Position numbers and translations under genes: made by a program. A stretch of DNA of 64,000 bases from NCBI GenBank assembly GCA_951406725.2, contig OX597836.1, positions 47,182,001 through 47,246,000 on the forward strand, written 5' to 3'. Source of the DNA: Octopus vulgaris. Its lineage: Eukaryota. This document shows, one piece after another, positions 26,583-38,739 of the stretch. The notes beneath the pieces were generated by a model. The model was not told where the DNA came from. It saw only the letters and a program-made list of their open reading frames with translations, and did no database searches. Every line of letters starts with the position of its first letter. The stretch's first letter is position 1.

Positions 26583-27317
26583 TGAGATGGTGTTGGTGGT
26601 GGTGGTGGTGGTAGTAGAAATAGGTTCGCTCAACCGTTCAACATTGTAGGAACCAACAAACCTTGTTAGAGTGTCGTTCCTTTACAACTGTTTAGTTATC
26701 TCAGTACTGCCTCCTCTCTCTCTCTCTCTCCTTCTCTCTCTCTCTCTCTCTCCTTAATAACAGCTGCTCTGTTAATGAAAGAAAACTAACTTTGGTAGAC
26801 ATAGTTTAGTGATAATAACGATTTTATGCTCGCAGTTAAAACCAGCGACGGGAAAGGTGATGGCCTGTTGTGAGTTACTGTTGTGAGTCTGTCAATAGAA
26901 TGCCAAGTCCGAACACTTCCAAAGATACATCAAGTTACTTGATAGAACGAACCATCCTATTTATTCAGTTTCGTCGAAGTTGCCAATAATGACATTTCCT
27001 GAAGATGTAAAATGTATTAGGTTAGATCTACCTAATGTATCAGCATGGGGCGAATACCAGCATCCCAAAGTAGAAATATTCTGTCAAAGTTATAACAGCG
27101 GTTGAGATATTTTCCTTTGTGTCTGCAGCATTGGCTGGTTGTGCGCCGAAGATGTCGGACGAGCGGAAGGAAGACGCCGCCGAGCAATTTGATCGAAAGC
27201 GAAAGGTGTAATGGCGTCTGAGGAGGAAGATGGAAGATTCGGGAGATGCTTATTGAACTGAGGAAATCGGTTTGAAGGGTACGGGTGTTTGGGGACTCTG
27301 AGTACGAGAATCATGTG

Positions 27318-27707
27318 TATACATTCATACATACATACATACATACATACATACATACATACATACATACATACATACATACATACGTACGTACGTACGT
27401 ACGTACGTACATACATACATACATACATGCATACATACATTCATACATACATGCATACATGCATATATATACATACATACATGCATGCATGCATACATAC
27501 ATACATACATACGTACATACATACGTACATACATACATACATACATACATACATGCATGCATGCATACATGCATACATACATACATACATACATACATAC
27601 ATACGTACATGCATACGTGCATACATACATACATACATACATACATACGTACGTACGTACATACATACATACATTCATACATACATACATTCATACACAC
27701 ACACACA

Positions 27708-27741
<34 letters not shown>

Positions 27742-28422
27742 CATACATACATACATGCATATATATACATACATACATGCATGCATGCATACATACGTAC
27801 ATACATACGTACATACATACATACATACATACATACATACATACATACGTACATACATACGTACGTACATACATACATACATACATACATACATGGATGC
27901 ATGCATGCATACATACATACATACATACATACATACATACATACACATACATACATACATACATACATACATACATACATACATACATACATACATACAT
28001 ACATACATACATACATACGTACATACATACGTACATACATACATACATACATACATACATACATACATACGTACATACATACATACATACATACATACAT
28101 ACATACATACATACGTACATACATACATACATACATACATACATACGTACATACATACATGCATACATACATACATACATACGTACATACATACATGCAT
28201 ACATACATGCATACACACATACATACATGCATACATACACACATACATACAAACAAACATACATACATACATACATACATACATGCATGCATACATACAT
28301 ACATACACACATACATACATGCATACATACATACATACATACATACATACATACATACACACATACACATACATACATACATACATACATACATACATAC
28401 ATACATACATACATACATACAT
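27318..28422. repeat. 1.1-kb (ATAC)n microsatellite
   Basis: Direct inspection. Confidence 0.97.
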
Positions 28423-28431
28423 AAAGAGAGC

Positions 28432-28685
28432 TGTTGTGTCTGGGGAGAGTCATCCTCTTTTTAGTGCCTTATAATATAACACACTCACCACTTATTTCCA
28501 CTAATTTCTTATTTTTATTTTCCTAAAATTTTCATTACGTCTTGCAATCTTTTCATTAGTCTTGACTATTGAAAAGGTTGCAAAACGTAACGAAAAGTTT
28601 AGAAAAATAAAAATAAGTGGAAATTTTACCGGTGAGTGTGTTACATTATAAGGCACAAAAAGAAAATGACTCTCCCCAGACACAA

Positions 28686-28687
<2 letters not shown>
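28432..28687. mobile_element. Palindromic foldback MITE (~255 bp)
   Basis: tgttgtgtctggggagagtca...tgactctccccagacacaaca; the arms pair almost to a central loop near 28550-28570. Confidence 0.85.
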
Positions 28688-28749
<62 letters not shown>

Positions 28750-28755
<6 letters not shown>

Positions 28756-29795
28756 GGTTCGGCTGGTACAGTATTTCTTGACCTACTTTGTTGAGAGTGG
28801 AGACGGAAAGCCTGGAATAAAAAGTTACAGCCCTTTGTTTACTGGAAGAGTAATGTCTTTTGGAGGGACCTTTGGCCTTGTGTCGGTCGATTAGGGGTCA
28901 GGGAGATGTGAGGGCCGAGGAAGATAGAGTAAGGAAGAATCTAGTGACAGTGAAGAAGAGGAAGAAGGAAGTAGTGAGAAAGACAGAGTAAGGGATCTGA
29001 GAGCAGATAGAGAGAATATTAGCAGTGCTAAGACAGATCGGGGGTGGTGAGAGAGCAGAGGTTTTTGGACGGTCGGTATTCGGTCGTCAAAGCGAGCAGT
29101 TGGAATTTTAGGAGCGAGGATTTGGGAATTCGGGGCAAGAGTTTGGCAAGTTGGAGCTAGCAGTACTGAGAGAGATGAGGTGCAATATGAGGCGTTGGCT
29201 AATGTAAGGTACGTGAATTGTGTATTGATACGTGAAGAAAAAGAAGGAAAAGGAATCGATGTATTGAACAGTGAAAAGAAATGAGACAGTAAAAAGGAAT
29301 TTAATGAACAATGTGAAATGTGTAAGGACATTGTGTACAGTGTTGTGATTTGAACATTGTATAATGAACATTGAACTGTTAGGCCTTTAATGTCCTTCGA
29401 ACTGTATATGCCTTTAATGTGTTTTGAAATAGAACTGTGTCTTCGGACGTGTACTCTTGAAATGCTGATATATTGAACTTGATGTGTTGCTACCGGACGG
29501 TTATATTGTATCTGCATGTTTAAATGCTTTGATCTGTGGTATACCTGTATGATGTGCTGATTCTGTTACTTGCTTGTATTTACCTGATGTATCTTTAAAT
29601 GTAATTGATGTTGTAACAATTGATTGTCATATAAACTAGTTGTTAAATGTAAGCCAGTTGTGCCTTGCCTCATTGTGTGCCTCTCGGTTGCCTCTGTGCT
29701 GCTGCTGCTGTTGATGTTGCTGTCGTTGTCCCTCTCCTCTCCGAGTTTCCGTGGCGAACTTGCCCGTTCGGGCGAGCGACGGCAGGTGATTCCGT

Positions 29796-29799
<4 letters not shown>
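28750..29799. mobile_element. Solo-LTR-like element inserted in a (TA)n tract
   Basis: TG...CA termini with short inverted repeat tgttgtgg/ccgtaaca, ATAT on both flanks, 1050 bp, no credible coding content. Confidence 0.6.
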
Positions 29800-29845
<46 letters not shown>

Positions 29846-29848
<3 letters not shown>

Positions 29849-30256
29849 CGCAGGAGTGGCTGTGTGGTAAGTAGCTTTCTAACCAACCACATGGTTCCGG
29901 GTTCAGTCCCACTGCGTGGCATCTTGGGCAAGTGTCTTCTGCTATAGCCTCGGGCCGACCAATTCCTTGTGAGTGGATTTGGTAGACGGAAACTGAAAGA
30001 AGCCTGTCGTATATATGTATATATATGTATGTATGTGTATGTGTTTATGTGTCTGTGTTTGTACCCCCAACATCGCTTGACAACCGATGCTGGTGTGTTT
30101 ACGTCCCGTAACTTAGCGGTTCGGCAAAAGAGACCGATAGAATAAGTACTCGGCTTACAAAAGAATAATTCCCGGGTTCGAGTTGCTCGATTAAAAGGCG
30201 GTGCTCCAGCATGGCCGCAGTCAAATGACTGAAACAAGTAAAAGAGTAAAAGAGTA
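29846..30256 (+). mobile_element. SINE family A, full length
   Basis: Consensus match from head to tail. Confidence 0.9.
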
Positions 30257-30551
30257 TGTAAGAGTTGGTTTTTGTTGTCCTTGACAGTTTTGACACCGAT
30301 TTTCTCTTAAGCTTGTGGCACGCTGACCACGCCTAAGCTTTTCAGACTTTGATCTCAGCATCGAACCTGTCAACCCCAACTACCAAGATACCAGAAATCC
30401 TCGGCCGAATTCTTCTTTGGTCGATTCACTCATTGCTCATGGCTTGCAGATCGAGATTAATGTTTTGGGAAAAGAACATCTGTAGCGTTTTCTTCACATT
30501 TCTATGGTGACCGATTTTCCTTGCTGAAGTCGCTATACTACTGAGCAATAT

Positions 30552-30560
30552 CTGTGTGTG

Positions 30561-30628
<68 letters not shown>

Positions 30629-30684
30629 AGTGTGTGTGCGCGTGCGTGTGTGTGTGCGTGTGCGTGTGTGTGTGTCTGTCTGTG

Positions 30685-30733
<49 letters not shown>

Positions 30734-31177
30734 ATGCGTGTGTGCGCGTACGTGTGTATGTGTGTATGTGTGTATGTATGTATGTACGTACGTATGTATT
30801 CCGTAATATCAGCGCCATGCAGTGTTTAGACAGAAGCGAATTTAGGTTAGTTAAAATGTCTGTGGCATATTTCAACTTCTAAGGAAAAACTCGCTACAGT
30901 TAAAGTGGAAAAAAAAATTCTCCCTTGTGTTAAAAGGTGTGAAAACACCTTTTGCTACACCTGCCAGGTATGGTGTTTTTACATCTTTTATCATAAGAAA
31001 GAATTCTTCTTCCCGACGGTAACTTCCGTGAATTTGCCTTTACGAGTTGAAATGCGTCGCAAACATATTTTAAGTAACCTAAGTTCGCATATGTATGTAT
31101 GCATGTATGTATGTATGTATGTATGTATGTATGTATGTATGTATGTATGTATGTATGTATGTATGTATGTATGTATG

Positions 31178-31209
<32 letters not shown>

Positions 31210-31342
31210 TGTATGTATGCATGTATGTATGTACGTATGTATGTATGTATGTATGTATGTACGTACGTACGTATGTATGTATGCATGTATGTATGCATGT
31301 ATGTATGTATGTATTCGTGTATGTATGCATGTATGTATGTAC

Positions 31343-31398
<56 letters not shown>

Positions 31399-31415
31399 AT
31401 GTATGTATACGTATG

Positions 31416-31453
<38 letters not shown>

Positions 31454-31500
31454 TATATATATACATGCATACATACATATACAAATACGTATATACAAAC
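30552..31500. repeat. (TG)n, (ATGT)n and (TA)n microsatellites with a unique spacer
   Basis: Direct inspection. Confidence 0.9.
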
Positions 31501-31571
31501 AAATGTATCTTGAATAAAAAATATATATACATTTACATGCATATATACACATATAGAAATATATACGTGTG

Positions 31572-31980
31572 TACAGGGTGTTCGGGCTAAATTTGACAGT
31601 TTGCATAAAAGGAAGAGAAAACACAATATTCCATCCAAAAATAAAAGTATTTTTAACAAATCAAAAGACATCGACAAGATTATGGCTGCGAGATAAATAG
31701 TTCACTCAAAATAGCCGTACTCAGCTTCCACCATGACCTCAAAACGGCTCCGGGACCTGGCATATGGTTCCTCACTATATCCGTGGGCAGTTATTGGAAG
31801 ACCTCTTTGATCTTGGCCACCGACACGGCCTTGTTATTGCAGGCAGTGTGCTTGGTGTGTTTGTCAAAAGCACCCCACACATAGTAATCCATCGGATTTC
31901 AATCGGGGGAACTACAAGGCCAGGAATAAGGTCTCGTGACGTCGTGGAAATCCTTTGACAACAACTTCTGACTCTTCAGA
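31572..31980 (-). pseudogene. Tc1/mariner (maT/DD37D-like) transposase 3' relic with terminus
   Basis: Minus-strand translation WPRSSPD*NPMDYYVWGAF...RSRFEVMVEAEYGYFE*; terminus TA-CAGGGTGTTC. Confidence 0.8.
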
Positions 31981-31987
31981 AAGTGAA

Positions 31988-32340
31988 ATCTTTATATATA
32001 AAAGAGAAGTTGTGTGTCTGTCTCCTACGATTTAGATTCCTAACTACTCCCACATTTTGCGGTGCAGTTTAACCAAAACCGGGTATCTTATAGTCGTGAT
32101 TCATATCGAGCCCTTCTGGGTATTAGCGCGCGTCTACGATGAGTGTACGATTTTTTAAAAAAATTACCATCATTTTTTTCCATTTTAATGCATCTTTTTT
32201 CGCTATTATATAAGAGAAGTAACTCTCTAAAAATGTCTACGATGAGTCAACGATTAAAAAAAAATTCACTATCATTTTTTTTTCCATTTTTAATGCATTT
32301 TTTTGCTATTTTTGGGTTATAACTCTCTAAAATGTTTTTG
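31988..32340 (+). mobile_element. Possible non-autonomous Helitron 5' part with an internal ~105-bp duplication
   Basis: Starts a|TCtttatatataaaa...tgtgtgtctgtc, like many Helitron 5' ends; tctacgatgagt...aactctctaaaa occurs twice. Confidence 0.45.
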
Positions 32341-32502
32341 CAGAGCATTGAACAGTGATCATGATGTCGGTAGTTTTATACCTGGAACAAATCATGATAC
32401 AGGCAATTCTTTTCCAATATTCCACTCCTCCATGTCAATAAACTTTTGCTCAACTACAACTATTAATCATGGTCCATCCAAGTAGGGAGTTCTTGTTGAG
32501 TG

Positions 32503-32888
32503 TGGAGGCGCAATGGCCCAGTGGTTAGGGCAGCGGACTCGCGGTCATAGGATCGCGGTTTCGATTCCCAGACCGGGCGTTGTGAGTGTTTATTGAGCGA
32601 AAACACCTAAAAATGCTCCACGAGGCTCCGGCAGGGGATGGTGGTGATCCCTGCTGAACTCTTTCACCACAACTTTCTCTCACTCTTTCTTCCTGTTTCT
32701 GTTGTACCTGTATTTCAAAGGGCCGGCCTTGTCACTCTCTGTGTCACGCTGAATATCCCCGAGAACTACGTTAAGGGTGCACGTGTCTGTGGAGTGCTCA
32801 GCCACTTACACGTTAATTTCACGAGCAGGCTATTCCGTTGATTCGGATCAACCGGAACCCTCGTCGTCGTAACCGACGGGGTGCTTCC
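32503..32888 (+). mobile_element. SINE with a family C head and the tail of the 537-859 family D copy
   Basis: Head as at 11752; from gtacctgtatttcaaaggg onward it matches 673-850. Confidence 0.85.
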
Positions 32889-32892
32889 ATCC

Positions 32893-33230
32893 ATCTTGTT
32901 GAGTGAGTTGTATCCAGGTATGGGTGGTTTGTCTGGTATTCCTTCAAGAAATTTGTCCAGATACCGTAATGGGATCCTTTTCCTCTTTGATCTGTTTCGG
33001 GACAATGTTAAACAGGGTAGGGCCTGTTGAGGAAAAGAAATTGTGTTGCAGTGTATTTATGTGTTGTGATCCTGAAGTGGGTAGGAGACGTATAGCCCTT
33101 GGTCCTAGCCTTGGATGAACTTTGAAGCTAATGTTGAGGTTGATTGGGAAATGCCGATGGCGTATTCTCCACATCCTGCAAATGATGTATTGCTCACGGC
33201 GATGCTGGAGAGAATAGAATTTCAATGCTT
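32893..33230 (-). pseudogene. CR1/L2-group LINE 3' end relic
   Basis: YSLQHRREQYIICRMWRI...FSSTGPTLFNIVPKQIK...LDKFLEGIPDKPPIPGY. Confidence 0.7.
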
Positions 33231-33252
33231 AAATGTATAAATACACACACAC

Positions 33253-33285
<33 letters not shown>

Positions 33286-33518
33286 ACACACACACACACA
33301 CATACGCACACACATCTTTTCAGTCATTTTTCACTGCAGCACAGCTTGAAGAATTTTAGTCGAACGGAAGCTAAAATAGGCAGCACATATGCTAGGATAC
33401 AATAACCTTCGAAGCAGATCTAGTACAGATATGAGGAAAATATGGGAACCGGTATTAAGGAAGGATACAAAACTATTAGGTTTATAAGCCCTAAAAATTC
33501 ACTCTATAATTGCCCACA

Positions 33519-33812
33519 GGCATATAGCGCAATGATTAAGAAACGCGGGCTATTAATCCCAAGATTCCAATTTCAATTCCAGACAGTGCCTTGAATAAAT
33601 AATAATAGTAATAATAATAATAATAATAATATCAGCAAAAAAATATCTTAGGAATGAGACCCCGGGGTTGATTTCAAAATTCTACCAGGACACTTGATGA
33701 AGGCTGGAGAGTAAATCAACCGAAATGTTGTGGTAGCAACAAACACGATGAGAGCACATATCCGTCCAATGTAAATAATGTACAGAATTCTTCATCTTCA
33801 AAATATAGAGCA
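33519..33812 (+). mobile_element. Element with a degenerate tRNA-like head, an (AAT)n spacer and a degenerate hammerhead (33691-33732)
   Basis: ggcatatagcgcaatgattaag...tttcaattccagacagtgcc (A/B-box remnants, ggca/tgcc acceptor stem); cac TTGATGA a ggctgg...tcaacc GAAA tgtt gtg. Confidence 0.5.
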
Positions 33813-34369
33813 GAATAGATTCCAGCACTTATGATTCTTCTATATTCTTTTTTAACAAACTCTTAAGTTACGAGGATTTAAACGCGCCAGAATTACGTGT
33901 ATGTGTGAGTGGGTTTAAAATTTAATGTGTGTGTGTGTGTGTGTGTGTCTGTGTGTGTGTGTGTGTCTGTGTGTGTTTTTGTGTGTGTGTGGCGGGTGTG
34001 TGTGTGTGATTCACTTTCAACCCGCAGACACCGACAAGAATGGTGTTATGTAATTTTTCTTCAACTTACTTAAATTCACACACGCTCGCGTTCACACACT
34101 CACATACACACACACACACATACACACACACACGCACACGCACATACACATATGCACACACTCACACACGCGCGTGCGCGAAACCATTAAGCGGTTGAGA
34201 GCCGTTTTCCCGGGTGAGTTTCACCGAGTGCAACGTAATTTAATGATGAAACTTTTGAAGCCTAAATTATGTTAATTTCTTCGAAAAAATCATATATTTT
34301 TTCTCTTTTCCCTCAGCACAATATCTGGAGATTTCAAACGGACAGATAGATACATACATACACACATAC

Positions 34370-34415
<46 letters not shown>

Positions 34416-34486
34416 ATGTGTGTGTTTGTGTGTTTGTGTGTGTGTACGTATATATGCATATAATGTAGCTAAGTAGGTCTATGTGT

Positions 34487-34677
34487 CTTTTACTCTTTTA
34501 CTTGTTTCAGTCATTTGACTGTGGCCATGCTGGAGCACCGCCTTTGGTCAAGCAAATCGACCCCGGGACCTATTCTTTGTAAGCCTAGTACTTACTCTAT
34601 CATGCTCTTTTGCCGAACGGCTAAGTTACGGGGACGTAAACACACCAGGGGGACAAACACAGACACAAAAACATACG

Positions 34678-34727
<50 letters not shown>

Positions 34728-34885
34728 TACGACGGATTTCTTTCGGTTTCCGTCTACCAAATCCACTCACAAGGCTTTGGTCGGCCCGAGGCTATAGTAG
34801 AAGACACTTGCCCAAGGTGCCACGCAGTGGGACTGAACCTGGAACTATGGGATTCGTAAGCAAGCTACTTACCACACAGCCACTC
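34487..34885 (-). mobile_element. SINE family A
   Basis: Reverse complement consensus match. Confidence 0.85.
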
Positions 34886-34984
34886 ACATGTATACATGTA
34901 TGTATATATGTGTGTATGTGTGTGTGTGCATATAAATGTGTATGTGCATGTGTGTGTTCGTGTGTGCGTATGTCGGGTGGGGGG

Positions 34985-35385
34985 TATGTGTGATAAGAAA
35001 CTTGCTTACTGAACACATGTTACCGGGTTCAGTCCCATTGGGTGGTACCTTGGGTAAGTGTCTTCTACCTCGGGTCGATCAAAGCCTTGTGAGTGGATTT
35101 TGGTAGGCAGAAACTGAAAGAAGGCGGTGAGCTGGCAGAATTGTTAGCACGCCGGGCAAAATGCTTAGCGGTATTTCGTCTGTCGCTACGTTCTGAGTTC
35201 AAATTCCGCCGAGGTCGACTTTGCCTTTCATCCTTTCGGGGTCGATTAAATAAGTACCAGTTACGCACTGGAGTCGATGTAACCGACTTAATCCCTTTGT
35301 GTGTCCTTGTTTGTCCTCTCTGTGTTTAGCCCCTTGTGGGCAATAAAGAAATGAGAAACTGAAAGAAGCCCGTCGGATATATGTA

Positions 35386-35432
<47 letters not shown>

Positions 35433-35665
35433 CTTTGTGTCTGTATTTGACTCTCACCACCACCATCACCATTACCATCACCGCTTGACAACCGTTACTG
35501 GTGTGTTAATGTCCCCGCAACTAGCGGTTCGGCAAAAGAGACTGATAGAATAAGTACCAGGCTTTAAAATATAAATACTGAGGTTCATACATTCGACAAA
35601 AAAATTCTTCAGGGTGGTGCTCCAGCATGACCGCAACCGTGTGACTGAAACAAAAGATAAAAGAG
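34985..35665 (+). mobile_element. Older SINE A interrupted by SINE B (about 35123-35352)
   Basis: 15-bp TSD agaaactgaaagaag flanks the B copy. Confidence 0.8.
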
Positions 35666-36094
35666 ATACACATACAGGAGTGGCTGTGTGGTAAGTAGCT
35701 TGCTTCCCATGAGTCTTTGAGACTTCCCATGAGTCTTTGTTGTCAGTGTGCGCATGCACCATTGTATTGTGCTCTGAAGAAGATAGCCGGCTGAGTTTAG
35801 CCTGCCAAAAGAAGCTGCTGCGAGGTAAGACTTTTGTCTTGGACCCGGTGAGGGTCGTTGTCTGTGCTTATATATTTTACAAACAGGGAATCCTCACTGA
35901 ATTCAGGATGCTGGTCTACTTGTGGTTCAGCAATATCGTCCATAGTAAATGAAGATTTTTTTCTCATTGTCTGGTGGGCCTATCCTTCAAATACTTTGTT
36001 TTTACAAAAACATTTACCATTTTTGGAAAACTGTATTTCAAGTGTTCACATGAAGGCGCAGGAGTGGCTGTGTGGTAAGTAGCTTTGCTAACCA

Positions 36095-38334
36095 GACATG
36101 CGCAGTTAGTCGGTTGCTTCTTGTTGAGCTAGAGTGGACGTGAGTAACAAGCTCTGTCCAACTAAAGAAAAAAGACCAAAAACGGAAAGTTGTCGAGGTA
36201 AGTGATTTTGTTTATTGTGAGTTGGGCATAATTTATTGCGTGCCAATTATTATTTCAGTAGGTTGTGTCCAACTCTGAGACAATTTCGCCTGCGCTAGGC
36301 GGCTGCCGTTTTTGTGTTCATTGAAAAAAAAAAAAAAAGAAAAAACAGTGGAGGGGCGTATACTCAGAATTCAATACAGTTACTGTTAAAATTACCGTTG
36401 GCGGTAGCCAGTGCTGCGTTTGAGTTTGCTGAATTTATTCCCTTGTCAGAGTACTTCGCAAGAAAAGTATAAAAATAAGCCACTATTGGATTACCTTTCG
36501 GACCCATTTTTGTGGAGGTTGTGTTGCAGTTGCGGCGTTCCGGGTTCAACCCAGGCCGGGAGTACCGCAAGGCCAGAATATTTTTGCTGTGTTTTTTCTG
36601 TTTATTAACTTTCTTTTGAACTTCATTTACCCCCCCCCTTTTGTTTTTTCTTTATTGCGACTTTCCGTTAATTTCTTCCCTTCTGTTGTGCTTTCTCCTT
36701 TTTGTTTTTTCAAAAATCTATCAAATTTATTTAGACTTTTGAACTTTTTTCTTCCTGCTTTTGAGTTTAATTTGAATATATTTTTAAAAAAACATGGCAA
36801 TGAAAAATAACAAAGTTTTGGAGTGGGAAATCATACCACCCAAAAAGTGGTTGAAGGACCGTGAAGATAGGACGGTGGTGTTGAGAACCTACTCCAAGGC
36901 ACTTGACACCATCGCCCTATTCGAAAAGACGGCAATTGAGGAGGAGTTGGAGGAGTATTTGCCAACAATTAAATTCATTTCCAGGGGTGTCAAATATGCA
37001 ACGGTGTGATTGCTGTTTGACACCCCTGAAGAGGCTTGCAAATTTGCTAGCGAACCCTTGGAGGGTAAGGAAATCTTATTCCTGCCCACGTACAAAAAAA
37101 AGAAATTGATGAAAGCTTGGATCTGCGGACTGCCACCCGACATAGAACCCGAGTGGATAGAGGAGACTATCCGCCGGGGTCTGGGTGACAGCGAAACTAA
37201 GCTCCTCAATGTAAAAGTTCTTCCTGCGGCTGCTTGGGTTGGCTCGAAAGCAATTTTGACCCTGTGGACCCAATCAGCCAATCTGGTTTTTCCAGATTTT
37301 TTTAAAATGGCCGGGTGCAGGTACCCGGTGATGCTTGAGGGTCGCCCCCCTAAGTGTCATCGGTGCTTGGAGTCCGGCCACATAAAGAAGAACTGTCCTC
37401 GGGAACAAAATAGGATCCCGGAACAGTTAAGTAAAACCCCTCTAGAAGAGGGAACGATAACGGCCGAGAAAGCAGAGGACTCCTCAAGCAGAGGCCGAAA
37501 GAGGAAGGTGAGCAACAATGGGTGCTCACCAAAGGATAATAGGGATGAGGAGAGGAGGGCGAATCTTCCAGCCACGGAGGAGACGCACCCTCCCTCAGTT
37601 GAAAAGGGAAAAAAAAAGAAAAAGAGGAAGAAAAACGGGACGTTGCCGGCTGTCAGTGTGGCACCGGAATGTCGCGGAACTACGTCGGTTGGGGTTGTGC
37701 CACCGACAAGAGAAGGAATACCGTTGGCGGAAACTGTGCCGCCAACGAAAGAACTGAATGTATTGGTCATCTTCTATAGAGGAGGAGAAATTGAAAAAGT
37801 GATGGAAGAGCACTACAAGGGAGCACCTTTAGCCTTCACACAGGACCCCGAATGGCCTCCGCAGGTAGCTGTGGAGGCCGTGGGGTTCGACGTGACGCTA
37901 GGGTTAAAGGAGCTCAATGAAGATTATAACTTGGTCCCGGGCGACGCGAACTCGGAACTTGACTACGTTCTGAGGGAGGCGTGGTTGATGGTGGAGGGCG
38001 CGGGCACAAGCTATTTCGAGGACGATATGTATTATTAGTAATGGACTTAAGTCCAAAAATTGAAAAATTGTAAGAGGATTAATACCTCGTTTTGTATTAA
38101 TAATGGACTGCTAAGCCCAAAATTGGAAAAATTGTAAGAGGTTTAATACCTCGTTTTGTGTTTATCTTTTTAAAAAGAACAATGTTTTAGAGAAGCAAAA
38201 GTCGGCGGGCGCTTTCTGTCTTCTCCCATCCTTATCATCTTTCTTTCATTATCATTCACCTCATTAATGTCCTCGTCCAGCCCGCAAAGCTAACTTAATC
38301 TGTGTACTGCCTTTATGGCAAATGTTTTGAAATA
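36095..38334 (+). mobile_element. ORF1-only Tx1-like non-LTR retroelement inserted in a SINE A head
   Basis: TSD aagtagctt(t)gctaacca at 36077-36094 and 38335-38351; the SINE head (36055) and body (38335-38720) are split by the insertion; the element ends in AATAAA. Confidence 0.85.
36794..38038 (+). pseudogene. Gag/ORF1-like protein with a CCHC zinc knuckle (~414 codons, one internal TGA)
   Basis: ORFs 36794-37009 and 37010-38038 are in frame; RRM-like WICGLPPDIEPEWIEE, EGRPPKCHRCLESGHIKKNCP knuckle, basic KKKKKRKK. The paralogue has TGG at the stop position. Confidence 0.8.
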
Positions 38335-38739
38335 AAGTAGCTTGCTAACCAACCACATGGTTCCGGGTTCAGTCCCACTGCGTGGCATCTTGGGCAAGTG
38401 TCTTCTGCTATAGCCCCGGGCCGACCAATGCCTTGTGAGTGGATTTGGTAGACGGAAACTGAAAGAAGCCTGTCGTATATATATATGTGTGTGTGTGAGT
38501 GTGTGTGTTTGTGTGTCTGTGTTTGTCCCCCTAGCATTGCTTGACAACCTATGCTGGTGTGTTTACGTCCCCGTCACTTAACGGTTCGGCAAAAGAGACC
38601 GATAGAATAAGTACTGGGCTTACAAAGAATAAGTCCCGGGGTCGATTTGCTCGACTAGAGGCGGTGCTCCAGCATGGCCGCAGTCAAATGACTGAAACAT
38701 GTAAAAGAGTAAAGAGAGTAATTGAAAATTCTTTTTCTC

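Noticed and set aside
33379-33395. Second U6 fragment (ggcagcacatatgcta)
   Set aside because: Only about 16 nt of similarity, with no continuation.
37007-37009. In-frame TGA as selenocysteine or programmed readthrough
   Set aside because: The paralogous copy reads gcaaccgtaTGGttgctgttt (Trp) at this position, so it is an ordinary TGG-to-TGA nonsense mutation.
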